From the IMG/VR virus record IMGVR_UViG_3300049215_000771, positions 1-64,000 of that record: a stretch of 64,000 nucleotides of DNA, one strand, 5' to 3'. The position numbers and the translations under genes are program-made. Shown piece by piece: positions 26,163 to 36,194 of this stretch (the first letter of the stretch is position 1; each line of letters begins with the position of its first letter). The notes below the pieces were generated by a model. That model did not search any database, was not told the DNA's origin, and saw only the letters and a list, made by a program, of their open reading frames with translations.

Positions 26163-26233
26163 GCCGGTATCGTATAGTGGTATTACCCCTGTCTTGTAAG
26201 CAGGTGACGAGGGTTCGATTCCTTCTACCGGCT
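26163..26233 (+). tRNA. tRNA-Thr(TGT)
   Basis: CCTGT-CTTGTAA-GCAGG. Confidence 0.9.
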
Positions 26234-26235
26234 CT

Positions 26236-26508
26236 ATGGATTGCTACTGTGAACACATGAGAGCGACCGAAGAAGGTCGCAAAATCCTTCAGGAAGAAAA
26301 CATACCTGATGGATTCTGTGGTTGGTGTGGCGGCGTTGAAGACGTTCGTACTTGCAACAACCCCGGCCATGTTCGTCCGTATCCCGGCCCCGTTCCTTGC
26401 ACTGGTTGCTGGTGTGATGAATGTTACGAGATCGAGGCGCAAGCCTACCTCAAGTGGGAACAGGAGAATCCCGATGACGAATCTGCCGGAACAGAAGAAG
26501 CTGGATAA
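26236..26508 (+). CDS. Cys-rich hypothetical protein
   Basis: G.CG.C...PGH.R.YPGPVP.TG.WCD.CY. Confidence 0.6.
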   Translation: MDCYCEHMRATEEGRKILQEENIPDGFCGWCGGVEDVRTCNNPGHVRPYPGPVPCTGCWCDECYEIEAQAYLKWEQENPDDESAGTEEAG

Positions 26509-27216
26509 AGGCGAGATGTCGGTCGAAGAACTGATTGCCATCCTTCAGAAGTTGCCGCCCGGCACAAGGATGGAAGTCAGGGCCGGCTCTCACCAGGATG
26601 ACGCTTATGTTCCGAAAGTGCGGGTCTGGCTCTATCAGAAACGCCAGATCAGCGCCACTATCGAGGCCAGCTACAACGGCCATCACTACAACTACCCGGA
26701 ACACTACAACGGCGTCGAGGAAATTACCAACCAGGTTCTCGGCCAATGAATATCACTGGTGGGCTGCAACGCTTCAAAGGCAAATTCTTTGAATGTTGCT
26801 TGAGCAGTAAAGACTACCCCTATTGGGCCAGATATGGAATGAAGGGGAGTGAAAGCTATAAACGCTGTCAGCACTGCGACTGTGAAGTGTGCAGGAAAAA
26901 ACGCCAGGAAGGGAACTTGATGCGATGCGAGAAGAAACACAGATGCCTGGCGTGCCTGAACCACGAGATGAGGGAGTGGGCGGCAAAAGCAATCTGACTT
27001 TCTGGCAGGATGTCAAGCGGCTGGCTTTCTGGCGTTGCTGGGCGAATCCATACTGGTACTTGTTGTTGGTTTTGTTCGTGTACTGGCCCATCTACAACAG
27101 ATTCAGCATTGATGGTTTGGAGTTGCATTGGTTCTGGTGGATATACGCAATACTTGGCCCTCCATTCTGGCTGGTGATGGCGGTGGCCTGCAATAGAACA
27201 AGGCCAGTTGTGTGAC

Positions 27217-27314
27217 GGGAGCGTGGTGTAAAGGTAGCACACGAGACTTATAATCTCGGCCAAACGGTAGCGCCTGATTAGCGCTAGGTGAGGGTTCAAG
27301 TCCTTCCGCTCCTA
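27217..27314 (+). tRNA. tRNA-Ile(TAT) with oversized variable region
   Basis: CGAGA-CTTATAA-TCTCG; ~31-nt variable region with TAGCGC/GCGCTA hairpin. Confidence 0.75.
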
Positions 27315-27498
27315 CTGAGGATCATCATGACGGACAAGCAGCAACACACGATCCGGGTGGCTCTCAACTTCCTTTCTGAGCAATTGGATGTTGGTGGAAA
27401 AACACCGGAACAAGTGCAGCACTTGCGACAACTCGGCCTCATGTGGCTGGGGAATTGTCCGTTGTCGAAAGAAGATGTTGAAAATGCTATGAAAGTAT

Positions 27499-27569
27499 GC
27501 CCCTTGAGTGTGGCGGACGCACGGCACCCTCCGAAGGTGTAGGTACAGGTTCGACTCCTGTAAGGGGTA
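27499..27569 (+). tRNA. tRNA-Arg(CCG)
   Basis: GCACC-CTCCGAA-GGTGT. Confidence 0.85.
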
Positions 27570-27572
27570 CTA

Positions 27573-27878
27573 ATGGCCTCCTGGACGGATTTCTTCAAGT
27601 TATGGTCGTATGCGAGAAAGAACCCAATGCCAGCAACAAGTGTAACGGGAATCGGGTCTAGTCTGAATACTGAAGGCAAAGGGTATTCGGTCATCATTCT
27701 GGTGGACGAGAAGGCTCACCACAAGATGACGGATGAAGTTTTCCGCAAGGCTGATTACGTCATCACAAAAAGCGGCAAGTACATCAAGACCCGTGATGGC
27801 CAACATCCGGTGATTTTGAACACGCCTGCCGAGCCGAAGGAAAAAGACAAAAAATATCGGAGCATCGACGACGCATAA
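27573..27878 (+). CDS. RSIDD-tagged hypothetical protein
   Basis: Ends KDKKYRSIDDA*. Confidence 0.65.
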   Translation: MASWTDFFKLWSYARKNPMPATSVTGIGSSLNTEGKGYSVIILVDEKAHHKMTDEVFRKADYVITKSGKYIKTRDGQHPVILNTPAEPKEKDKKYRSIDDA

Positions 27879-27908
27879 ATGATTTTGAAGGAGCGGTGTA
27901 GATAAGGC

Positions 27909-28763
27909 ATGAAATGCCTTCAATCAAGAAATCCGCTTTGCTATCAAAATGTTCGCTGGCTCTATATCAATAGTGCGTGGCTCCCGGCTGTCACAGTTTG
28001 CGACCAGAAGTTGTACAAGCCAACGCTGTGTGTGTCTGGTGGTGGCGGTGGTGGCGGTGGTGGCGGTGGTGATGATGGCTGCGATGTTACAAACCCGATA
28101 GCATTTGTTCAATCAGCAGTCCTTGGTGACACAAGTATCGAATTCAACTCGCCCGTGACCAAGTGCAATTTGTTGGTGGTTTTTGTCGTGGTGGACAACA
28201 ACGCCGTTTCTCCAGACCCGTCAGCCACGGTCACAGATACATTGGGGAACACCTATACGCAGGTGGATTATGCGTATGAAAGGGTGGTAGGTTCAACACC
28301 GCCACTGGATGTGTACCAAGTGAGCATTTGGTACACCATATCCAATGGAACTGGTTCCAATGCGATTACGGTGGTGGACAACAATGAAAATGGGCAATAC
28401 TTGTTTGCGACAGCCATTGAATACACTGGCATTGTTGACATAGACGGACACCAGGCCCAATCCTACACCAATAGCGATGATTCGCAGCCGGTTAATTGGA
28501 CGATTACTTGCCCGGCGACTCACGACAACGACCTGGCAATCGGTTTCATTTACGGGGCGAATTCGCCAAGTCCATCAACCGAGTGTAACAGTCGATTTAC
28601 GGCTGAAGACATTGGTAATAATGCTGGTATTTTCGACATCATTGGCGTGAGTGGAACAACGACGATCAGCGGAACCGCCACCGGCACGGATCAGTTGTCT
28701 TCTGACTCGCCACCCTACTCTGGCGGCTACGAAGTGATTGGCGTGTGCTTCAAAGGAAGCTGA
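27909..28763 (+). CDS. Thr/Gly-rich beta-domain protein (virion/surface-like)
   Basis: Poly-Gly linker; TVTDTLGNTYT motif; acidic Thr-rich composition. Confidence 0.6.
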   Translation: MKCLQSRNPLCYQNVRWLYINSAWLPAVTVCDQKLYKPTLCVSGGGGGGGGGGGDDGCDVTNPIAFVQSAVLGDTSIEFNSPVTKCNLLVVFVVVDNNAVSPDPSATVTDTLGNTYTQVDYAYERVVGSTPPLDVYQVSIWYTISNGTGSNAITVVDNNENGQYLFATAIEYTGIVDIDGHQAQSYTNSDDSQPVNWTITCPATHDNDLAIGFIYGANSPSPSTECNSRFTAEDIGNNAGIFDIIGVSGTTTISGTATGTDQLSSDSPPYSGGYEVIGVCFKGS

Positions 28764-28797
28764 TGAAAGAAACCTTCCAGATCGGCTAGATAGCTTC

Positions 28798-29505
28798 ATG
28801 ATGAAGTTTAGTCAATTCCTGGAACAGCGTGAACGCCTGGACGAGATGGCGGCTCGTCGAAGTAAGAAGCGAAGTCAAAGCAAATGGGGACCGGGCGGCA
28901 AGAAGCCCGTCGCCATTTTAACTGCTTTTCAGGGCGGCAGCCGTCCTTTGGCACGCCTTGTGCAGAATAGAGCAGCGAACCGCAAGCTGGTGCAAGCCTT
29001 CAAGGACAAGGGGTTGAGTTTTTACCCTGTTCACGGCATGGGCCAGGAAGAAGTTCGCTACCTGTGGGGGCTGATTCGCTTCCGTAACCCCACTGAGGAA
29101 GAATCTTTCGTCGTTCAGCCCATTGGAGACATGCCTGAACAGGAGTTCATGTCAATTATTCAGGGATTCTTGCAGGAGTTCAACCAGTACGCTGCCGCCA
29201 CGAAATTACCATCCGAGCAGGACGCTTTTTTGCTGCATCCTAACGGAAATCGTAGTATCATAGGGTCGGAGGTAGGGGATCGGACTCCGCAGGACGACTA
29301 CTTCTCCCAGCTTCACGGAGGGCCGAGGGCACCAGATGCCCAGCTAAGTCCTTACGAGTTGACTGGCGAGACGAACCCTTTGCGGCGGGTCGTCAACCGG
29401 ATTAGAGGGCGTGCCGACATGAACCAGCCTGCCGACCGTAGCAAAATCGGCCAGCGTTTCTCCGTCCGACAGCCTCAACCGCCGCAAGAAGGCGATGAAA
29501 CATGA
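28798..29505 (+). CDS. hypothetical protein, possible head-packaged (MKFSQFLE N-terminus)
   Basis: ILTAF...N..AN.KL......GL.F..V.G...E...EESF.V. Confidence 0.65.
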   Translation: MMKFSQFLEQRERLDEMAARRSKKRSQSKWGPGGKKPVAILTAFQGGSRPLARLVQNRAANRKLVQAFKDKGLSFYPVHGMGQEEVRYLWGLIRFRNPTEEESFVVQPIGDMPEQEFMSIIQGFLQEFNQYAAATKLPSEQDAFLLHPNGNRSIIGSEVGDRTPQDDYFSQLHGGPRAPDAQLSPYELTGETNPLRRVVNRIRGRADMNQPADRSKIGQRFSVRQPQPPQEGDET

Positions 29506-29700
29506 GTTATTTTACCCTCAAGTATCTGGAACTCAAACTTGCGTTTGGCGAATTCGGCAAGCAGAAGAAGTATCAACGGCTTTGCCTTGAGCGAAATGCG
29601 ACAACGACTGCTGCGAGATTGGAAATTGCCAAGGAAGTTCTTGATGGTCCCGGCGTCAACAGCCTGGAGTCCTGGGCGCACGACACTTACTTGAAAGAAC

Positions 29701-30159
29701 ATGCGAAGAAAGAAACAACCTGAGAAACCCAAGCGGCCCAAGCAGGAAAAGCGCTGGCTCTCGCTATCGAAGCTGGAGGGTGTGCGTTGGATATGGGCTG
29801 ACAATTGGTGGGATTGGGTGTTGTCGGGGGTTGTCGAATATCAAGGCAAGCGGTACTATGCTGTTTGTGTTGATGAAAACTACGACAAGCGGTACAAGTG
29901 GTTCCGGCGCTATCTGATGGTAGATTTGCCGGAAGATGTGTGGAAAGACGAACTGGAGAGGCACGCTTTCTTTGTTGAGAAGGTTGGCAGTCACTTCGAG
30001 TTTGACGTAGAGCGTCAATGTCGGAAAGGCCCGGAGAAGTACCTGAAAGATTCTCGGACCTGGCATGAGTTCTACGAAAGGTATCCCAGCCCGACGCAGG
30101 GCGGGGAAGTGCGGGACTACAAGCAATACCCGCACATTGGCTGGTTTGAGAACGACTAA
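29701..30159 (+). CDS. hypothetical protein
   Basis: 152 aa aromatic-rich ORF. Confidence 0.6.
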   Translation: MRRKKQPEKPKRPKQEKRWLSLSKLEGVRWIWADNWWDWVLSGVVEYQGKRYYAVCVDENYDKRYKWFRRYLMVDLPEDVWKDELERHAFFVEKVGSHFEFDVERQCRKGPEKYLKDSRTWHEFYERYPSPTQGGEVRDYKQYPHIGWFEND

Positions 30160-31063
30160 CCTGGAGGATAGGTATGCGCCGCCTAGCTACGAGTTCGTGT
30201 CGTCTCGTTTCGAGAAGTTCGGGTTCCCGCTCGTAATTGACGAAACGATCATTCCCGACGACGACACGACGTTGTTTGTTTGCAGTGGGATGCAAAGGCT
30301 CAGGAACAAGTTTCTGACGCCGGATGGAAGCAAGCACGGCTCTCTACAGTCGTGCATTAGGACCAACGATCTGGAGTTGGTCGGCGATGGATCGCACCTT
30401 ACATATTTTCAAATGCTTGGTAATTTCTCATTTGGTGGGGATTACGAGCAGTCAGTTGAGCTATGGCACAATCTGCTCACTGATCTTCAGATCAAAATCG
30501 AACCAGTTCACTGTCATCCTGACAATCCTGGGCACCACCAGTTGTGGCGCAAGCGGGGATATGATACAGTTGACGATGTGTCGTGCGTCTGGAGTGACGG
30601 CCAGATTGGGGGCTACTGCTGCGAGGTTTATAGCCGGGGGTTGGAGATTGGCAATCTTGTCAATACCCTTGGGCATTCGACGGACGTGGGGTTTGGCTGG
30701 GAAAGGTTGTTCCTCATTGTCGAGGGCAAGGAGAGGGTCGATCAAACCTCCTTGTTCCTCAATCATCACCCAATTGTGGCGGATCACGCCCGGACGCTGG
30801 AAATCCTGTGGAAAAACAACGTAGTTCCTGGTACAAAGCATAGGAACTATGTTTGCCGCAGGCTCCTGCGGAGGATGCTGCGATACCTGAACGGCACAGA
30901 GAAATTCGTCTTTGACGAATGGCTCTCCCAGGAAAGAACGCAGCTAGAGCGTCGTGTCCGAGAGGCGAGAAAAATATGGCACAGGTACAAGCACCAGCCA
31001 TCCGAGTGGTGGTGGACGACCTGTGGTATATTGCCTGAAGAAGTTCCACTACTAGGGAGATGA
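30146..31063 (+). CDS. alaS: alanyl-tRNA synthetase, catalytic core only
   Basis: DTTLFVCSGMQ...QSCIRTNDLELVG...FQMLGNFSFG...DVGFGWERL...ADHAR...YVCRRLLRR; no editing or C-Ala domain. Confidence 0.85.
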   Translation: MRTTNLEDRYAPPSYEFVSSRFEKFGFPLVIDETIIPDDDTTLFVCSGMQRLRNKFLTPDGSKHGSLQSCIRTNDLELVGDGSHLTYFQMLGNFSFGGDYEQSVELWHNLLTDLQIKIEPVHCHPDNPGHHQLWRKRGYDTVDDVSCVWSDGQIGGYCCEVYSRGLEIGNLVNTLGHSTDVGFGWERLFLIVEGKERVDQTSLFLNHHPIVADHARTLEILWKNNVVPGTKHRNYVCRRLLRRMLRYLNGTEKFVFDEWLSQERTQLERRVREARKIWHRYKHQPSEWWWTTCGILPEEVPLLGR

Positions 31064-31350
31064 TGATGGATGAACGCACCCCAAAAAAGGAGATGACCAC
31101 TACGGAGGCGGCGAAGGCGAAAGCCCTCGATCAGTTCATTCGGCGTAAGCGTTACGCCGCACAGATTGAGAAGATCGACAACGCCGGCCTTCACGCCGGT
31201 CAGCCGATGTACTTCTACTGTGATACTTGTGGCATTCCCACGGAGGTCTTGCCGGAAGACTACCTGTTCTGCCCCTACAAGATGTGTTCTCAGTGCAAGG
31301 GGATGGAAGAAGAAGGCTGGCTGGAGGAAGCCATCAAGTTGAAGGAATAG
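31060..31350 (+). CDS. Zn-ribbon hypothetical protein
   Basis: IDN..L.AG.PMYFYC..C...C..C. Confidence 0.65.
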   Translation: MMMDERTPKKEMTTTEAAKAKALDQFIRRKRYAAQIEKIDNAGLHAGQPMYFYCDTCGIPTEVLPEDYLFCPYKMCSQCKGMEEEGWLEEAIKLKE

Positions 31351-31373
31351 GGAGCAGTTACCCCGGATGCTGT

Positions 31374-31402
31374 TTTACAAACAAGGGCATCCGGGGTACT
31401 AT
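31374..31402 (+). promoter_or_regulatory. sigma70-type promoter
   Basis: TTTACA-N17-TACTAT. Confidence 0.6.
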
Positions 31403-31433
31403 CCCCTAGCTGGAGGATTCAAGTGAGGTTGAG

Positions 31434-31862
31434 ATGAACAAGATTGAAAGAAAAGACGCCCATGCTTTTTTTGACAGCCTGATTGCTGGGGAGTCGCCTG
31501 AAGAAAAAATCGCCATCCTTCGAGACATCTTGGTGGATGAGTTTTGTTTCAATGGGATGCCAGAAGAAGTTTCTGAATTGGAAGCTGCTGTCTATGCCGT
31601 CATGAGCAGTCCGCAGGGGGCTTCGCAGAAGATTCAACAGATCAAGTTGGTTCGGGAAAAAACCGGCCTGGGCTTGAAGGAAGCGAAGGAATTCGTCGAA
31701 TCTTTGACGCCAGGGCATCCTTACTACGGCCAGAAGCAGTACCGTCAAATTGATCGGTTGTTGCCGACCCCGCAGGATTACACGGATACGGCGCTGGTGA
31801 ACCGGCTCAACAAGATCGCCAGGGCGTACAACAGGCCGGGAATCTGCTTTACAAACGCCTGA
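31434..31862 (+). CDS. ribosomal L7/L12 C-terminal-domain protein
   Basis: KIQQIKLVREKTGLGLKEAKEFVE. Confidence 0.75.
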   Translation: MNKIERKDAHAFFDSLIAGESPEEKIAILRDILVDEFCFNGMPEEVSELEAAVYAVMSSPQGASQKIQQIKLVREKTGLGLKEAKEFVESLTPGHPYYGQKQYRQIDRLLPTPQDYTDTALVNRLNKIARAYNRPGICFTNA

Positions 31863-31876
31863 TGTCGTAGTAGAAT
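31848..31876 (+). promoter_or_regulatory. sigma70-type promoter (tRNA-Gly/Ro60 unit)
   Basis: TTTACA-N17-TAGAAT. Confidence 0.65.
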
Positions 31877-31903
31877 GCTTGTTGCCCTTTCTTCCGAAGG
31901 CAA

Positions 31904-31974
31904 GCGGGTATGATGTAGCGGCAGCCTGTCACGTTCCCAACGTGAATGTGGGGGTTCGACTCCCCCTACCCGCT
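31904..31974 (+). tRNA. tRNA-Gly(CCC)
   Basis: TCACG-TTCCCAA-CGTGA. Confidence 0.88.
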
Positions 31975-32077
31975 CTCAAGTAAGTTGTTGGGATGTTCCC
32001 ACGTTCGCCCAAACCGTCGTTGTAGGCGGCAAGGTCGTGGTGGTTGCAGGACTCCCAAATGAAAGGTAGGTGATACG

Positions 32078-33943
32078 ATGGCAAACAAGAATCTGTTCAG
32101 CAAGCCGGGCGCACAGGGCCAGCATGTCGGTAGCGTTCCGAACGCCGACACCAAGAACGAGGCTGGCGGCAAGGCTTATTCCATGTCGAACGAGGCTGCC
32201 CTGGCGCAGTTCGTGGCGACTTCGTGCCTCAACGGTACGTTCCACACGTCGGCCAAGGATCAGCTTGATACCGTCAAGAAGCTGCTCGCCGGCTGCACCC
32301 CGGAGTTCATCGGCAAGGTTGCCATCTACGGTCGCCAGAGCGCCTTCATGAAGGATTTGCCGGCATTGTGCATCAGCCATCTGGCTGCCGACAACGGTGG
32401 CGGCAAGAACGCTGGTGATCCGTCCCGTCGTTCCGCCCCGTCGTGGACGGGTGGTCCGACCACGCCTGAGCAGGAGGCGAAGCAGGAAGTTCTCAACAAG
32501 GTTTTCCCGCACGTCATTGATTCTGGCACGATGGTCCGTAACTTCGTGCAGATGATCCGTTCCGGCGTGCTGGGCCGCAAGTCGCTGGGCTACAGCCTCC
32601 GTCACCTGGTTCGCCAGTGGTTCGAGAACCGCAGCCCGGCTACGATCTTCCACAACAGCATCGGCAACAACCCGACGCTGGGCGAAGTGATCCGTATCGC
32701 CCGTCCGAAGCCGAACACCCCGGAGAAGGCGGCTTTGTTCGCCTACCTGACGGGGGCGAAGGTCGTTGATGACGCCGAGGGGAAGGTACTCCGTACCTAC
32801 TTCAAGGACGACAGCGACGGCCAGGTGAAGGTTGCCTACGAACACCCGTTCGCCAACCTGCCGCAGATCGTGCAGCAGTTCGAGGCGTGGAAGGCGGACC
32901 AGACGCTTCCTCAGCCGAAGCTGAACTTCCGTTTCCTGGACGGCATCAAGAAGCTGTCTACTGCCGAGTGGACGGAAATCGCTCGGAACGCCAACTGGTT
33001 GACCACGTTGAAGTCCATGAACACCTACAAGGAGCATGGCGTATTCGATCAGCCTGGTATGGTGGAACTGATCTCGGCTCGGCTGGCTGACGCCAACGAA
33101 GTCGCCAAGGTCCGGGTTTTCCCGTACCAGATTCTCATCGCCTACCTTGCCTCCGAGGGCAAGGCTCCGCAGAAGGTCCGTGATGCTTTGCACGACGCAC
33201 TGGAAGCTGCTACTCGCAACGTGCCGGTGTTGACGGGCAAGGTCTACATCTGTGTGGACGTGTCGGGTTCGATGACGACGGGTCGGGTTACGGGCGACCG
33301 TGGCTCGGCGACGACGGCGGCTCGTTGTATCGACGTGGCGGCGCTGTACGCAGCCTCGCTGCTTCGTGTCAACAAGAGCGCCGAAGTCATTCCGTTCGAG
33401 GTAGGTGTCGTCCTGCCGAGCAAGCTGACGTTGGAACCACGGGACACCGTGATGACCAACGCCCGCAAGCTGGCGTCCATCGGCGGCGGTGGTACGAACT
33501 GTTCGGCTCCGCTGAACATGCTCAACCAGCGCAACGCCAAGGGCGATGTCGTTGTCTTCGTCAGCGACTACGAGTCGTGGGCCGATGGTCCGAACGCTCA
33601 CAACGGCAAGGCTACGGCCATGCTGGAGCAGTGGGCCATCTTCAAGAAGCGCAACCCGGACGCCAAGCTGGTTTGCATCGACTTGACGCCTCGTGCCAAC
33701 CACCAGGTTGTCGAGCGCCCGGACATCCTCCAGGTTGGCGGTTTCTCCGACAACGTGTTCAACGTCGTGGCTCGGTTCGCCGAGAGCGGCTGGGACAAGA
33801 ACTTCTGGCTCCAGGAGATCAACAAGATCGACCTGGACGCCTTGGGCGACCTGTGTGGCTCGAAGGCGAAGAAGCAAGATGCAGTGCAGGTTGAAGTCAC
33901 CGAGGCTGTCGGCGGTGATGAAGAGTCCGAAGAACAGCAGTAA
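32078..33943 (+). CDS. Ro60/Rsr TROVE + vWA domain RNA-binding protein
   Basis: NEAGG.AY...LAQ...FPYQ.L.AY...VDVSGSM...GGGGTNCSAPL...VSD.ESW...GGFSD.VF. Confidence 0.93.
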   Translation: MANKNLFSKPGAQGQHVGSVPNADTKNEAGGKAYSMSNEAALAQFVATSCLNGTFHTSAKDQLDTVKKLLAGCTPEFIGKVAIYGRQSAFMKDLPALCISHLAADNGGGKNAGDPSRRSAPSWTGGPTTPEQEAKQEVLNKVFPHVIDSGTMVRNFVQMIRSGVLGRKSLGYSLRHLVRQWFENRSPATIFHNSIGNNPTLGEVIRIARPKPNTPEKAALFAYLTGAKVVDDAEGKVLRTYFKDDSDGQVKVAYEHPFANLPQIVQQFEAWKADQTLPQPKLNFRFLDGIKKLSTAEWTEIARNANWLTTLKSMNTYKEHGVFDQPGMVELISARLADANEVAKVRVFPYQILIAYLASEGKAPQKVRDALHDALEAATRNVPVLTGKVYICVDVSGSMTTGRVTGDRGSATTAARCIDVAALYAASLLRVNKSAEVIPFEVGVVLPSKLTLEPRDTVMTNARKLASIGGGGTNCSAPLNMLNQRNAKGDVVVFVSDYESWADGPNAHNGKATAMLEQWAIFKKRNPDAKLVCIDLTPRANHQVVERPDILQVGGFSDNVFNVVARFAESGWDKNFWLQEINKIDLDALGDLCGSKAKKQDAVQVEVTEAVGGDEESEEQQ

Positions 33944-33950
33944 CCCTTCG

Positions 33951-33995
33951 GGGGTTGGGCGTCTGTTAGCAAGGGCGTCCCAACCCCCTTTTTTG
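33951..33995 (+). terminator. rho-independent terminator
   Basis: GGGGTTGGGCGTC..GGCGTCCCAACCCC followed by T-run. Confidence 0.75.
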
Positions 33996-34404
33996 CGAGG
34001 GCGGCATGGATTTCACGCTTACCATTGGCGACAAATTGTCCACTTTCACGCCCAACACTGACGCTGCACGGGCCTACTTGCAGAAGCACGGCCTCCCGAA
34101 TCCCTGGGAAGTTTCGACACACGAATTCAGCTTGCCCATGCACATGACCCACATCGAGGTCGAGGCCAAGCTGACCCTGGAGACGAAAGATGAGCGGGGA
34201 AAATCCTCAACTTGACATCGTTGCCGAGTCCCTTGCGCAACATCCGAACGTCAAGCAGATTCTTGGCTGCATGAACAAAGAAACAGATGGCCTGCACGTC
34301 GTCATTGACGGCGAGCAGTACATCGTCACCATCCGGCCTCGCCATGATGGTGAAAGTTTCACCTTGTACGAGATGCAGGAACTTGGTCCGAAGGGACATG
34401 CCCA

Positions 34405-34773
34405 ATGAGGCATATGATGCACGCTAAGTTGGTGTACGAACACGCCGGTCGTCCCACTTGGACGATCTGTGATGTTATCTTGTACGAGCCGAACGACGAG
34501 ACGGCGAAGGTTATTGCCGTGTTCACGCAGCTTGATGCCCACCGGGGCGTGAGCATCACCAACTCCGTCGAGAGCGCCTGTGCCGCTTTCTGTGAAGATC
34601 GCAACGTATACCCTGACCAGTGTGTTTTCATCGAGCGGTATGAACATTCGCCCGAAGACCTGGACATGATTTTTCTCGATGAGTATGGCCAGAATCCTCG
34701 CTGGAAACGTCTTGCAAAGGAGCAATCGGCGGGTATACTAGCTGTTTTGCCCAAACCTAGCCTCGTGGTGTAA
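34405..34773 (+). CDS. hypothetical protein
   Basis: G.SITN..E.......F.E.Y......P.W motif. Confidence 0.6.
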   Translation: MRHMMHAKLVYEHAGRPTWTICDVILYEPNDETAKVIAVFTQLDAHRGVSITNSVESACAAFCEDRNVYPDQCVFIERYEHSPEDLDMIFLDEYGQNPRWKRLAKEQSAGILAVLPKPSLVV

Positions 34774-34888
34774 CGGTAGCACAACGGTCCTCTGAAAAGG
34801 GATAGTCTCGACACTATTTGTCCTTCGGGAATGCCGTTGGGATTACATTCATAATCCGTGTGTCCTGGTTCGAGTCCAGGCGAGGCGA
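34759..34888 (+). ncRNA. tRNA-scaffolded Y-RNA-like chimera, copy 5
   Basis: GCCTCG/CGAGGC acceptor, D and T arms; AGTCTCGAC-ACTATTTG-TCC-TTCG-GGA-ATGCC-GTTGGGA-TTACAT; residual TTCATAA-TCCGT. Confidence 0.75.
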
Positions 34889-34890
34889 CT

Positions 34891-35244
34891 ATGGAAGATA
34901 TAAGGAGTCATCCTGCTTTGCAGGCGGCATTTGCAAGGGGTAGGGCAATGAAAGAACAACAGCCCGACGAGCCAATTGGAAATCTCCAACCCCTGGGTCT
35001 TGAGAACCCCCACCTGCCGATCTGGTCCTCGATGTTGGACAATCGCTTCCTGTGCGAAGTCCAACGCATCGACGCCGATTATGGCACTTTCGTCATTTTC
35101 GACGTTCACGATGGCAACAAGCCTGTTTTCAACCGGAAGGTTCCGCTCATGTACGGAGCGCCTTTCGGCCCGGACGTTGACGATGTTGCCCGGTGGGAAG
35201 AAATGGGCATCCAGTTTGTGGATACAGGAAAGGTTGAACCATGA
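34891..35244 (+). CDS. hypothetical protein
   Basis: W...LD.RF..EV.R...V.L.YGA.FGPDVDDV..W. Confidence 0.65.
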   Translation: MEDIRSHPALQAAFARGRAMKEQQPDEPIGNLQPLGLENPHLPIWSSMLDNRFLCEVQRIDADYGTFVIFDVHDGNKPVFNRKVPLMYGAPFGPDVDDVARWEEMGIQFVDTGKVEP

Positions 35245-35831
35245 CCAGACCAGCCGACGACCGTTACTCTGTTGAGGAAACCAAACTCACCCCTGAAGAA
35301 GTTGCGCAACTCGAAGCCGAGGCCAAGCAGCCCCACCCTGGCCCTTCTGAAGAAGAGCGCATGGCCTGTTTCAAGGACGAGAACCCCTATCTCCACATCT
35401 ATGCCCAAGAACAGTGGCATGGCGAAGCATTCATGGTCGCCAACATGCAGGCGTTGCTTTTGCTTCGCAAAGCCATCGACGATGCTCTCCTGAATGGACA
35501 TGGCTACGTTCCGGCTTTCGTTGGTGATGGCGAAGGTTACAACACGCTTATCGCCAAGATGGACGATCCCAGGGAATTCGACAACCTGGCTGTTCCCTAC
35601 AACGACGAGATCGCCCAGGAAACAAGGGAACTGGCTGTCTGGCCGTGGAAACTTCCCAGGATCAGGCAAGCCGGCGACGACGCAATGGCCTGGATTGAGA
35701 AGAAATACACCAAGGAAGAAGCTGAAGAAATCATCGCCAGCCTCAAGGAAGATCGTGAAAGGGAACAAACAGCACGACAGGGAGGCGACAGCATTCTCGC
35801 CCAGCAGAAGAAAGATCGAGGCGAAGCATGA
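35241..35831 (+). CDS. hypothetical protein
   Basis: LHIY.Q..WH.EAF...F..DGEGY. Confidence 0.65.
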   Translation: MTRPADDRYSVEETKLTPEEVAQLEAEAKQPHPGPSEEERMACFKDENPYLHIYAQEQWHGEAFMVANMQALLLLRKAIDDALLNGHGYVPAFVGDGEGYNTLIAKMDDPREFDNLAVPYNDEIAQETRELAVWPWKLPRIRQAGDDAMAWIEKKYTKEEAEEIIASLKEDREREQTARQGGDSILAQQKKDRGEA

Positions 35832-36190
35832 TCGAGCCTGAACGAATCTTGTACTACTTCGAGCATGTCGCTTTGCTTTTTTGCGAAGCGGAAGTTATGG
35901 GCGAAGCGCAGGAAGATGGTTCCCGTCCGATTCACTACGAGTGGTCGGATGAGTTCAAGAAGAGTATGGAGAAATTCCTCTCTTGCTTCTACATATTCTG
36001 TCATGTCGGGACTGCGAGTATGCACAAGTGCCAGCACCCCGATTGGGAGGAAATGTTCCTGAAGTGGGAGAAGGAAATGATTGACAGTGGGCATATGAAG
36101 CCCTATGATGTCAGGAAGCAGGAAGGCCCGCTGTCCAGTGATGCACTGGACAAAGCGATGGGCAAATTCCTTATCCAAAATCAGAAATGA
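35828..36190 (+). CDS. hypothetical protein
   Basis: ATGA coupling. Confidence 0.6.
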   Translation: MIEPERILYYFEHVALLFCEAEVMGEAQEDGSRPIHYEWSDEFKKSMEKFLSCFYIFCHVGTASMHKCQHPDWEEMFLKWEKEMIDSGHMKPYDVRKQEGPLSSDALDKAMGKFLIQNQK

Positions 36191-36194
36191 AGAT

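Noticed and set aside
28038-28070. GGT/GGC microsatellite as a repeat element
   Set aside because: It encodes a poly-Gly linker in ORF 27909-28763.
31976-33877. Long minus-strand ORFs (also 36801-38561, 40254-41498, 53250-54950)
   Set aside because: Antisense shadows of strongly codon-biased + strand genes; no recognisable motifs.
32078-34888. Complete Rtc RNA-repair operon
   Set aside because: No RtcB, RtcA or RtcR gene recognisable in this window; they may lie elsewhere in the genome.
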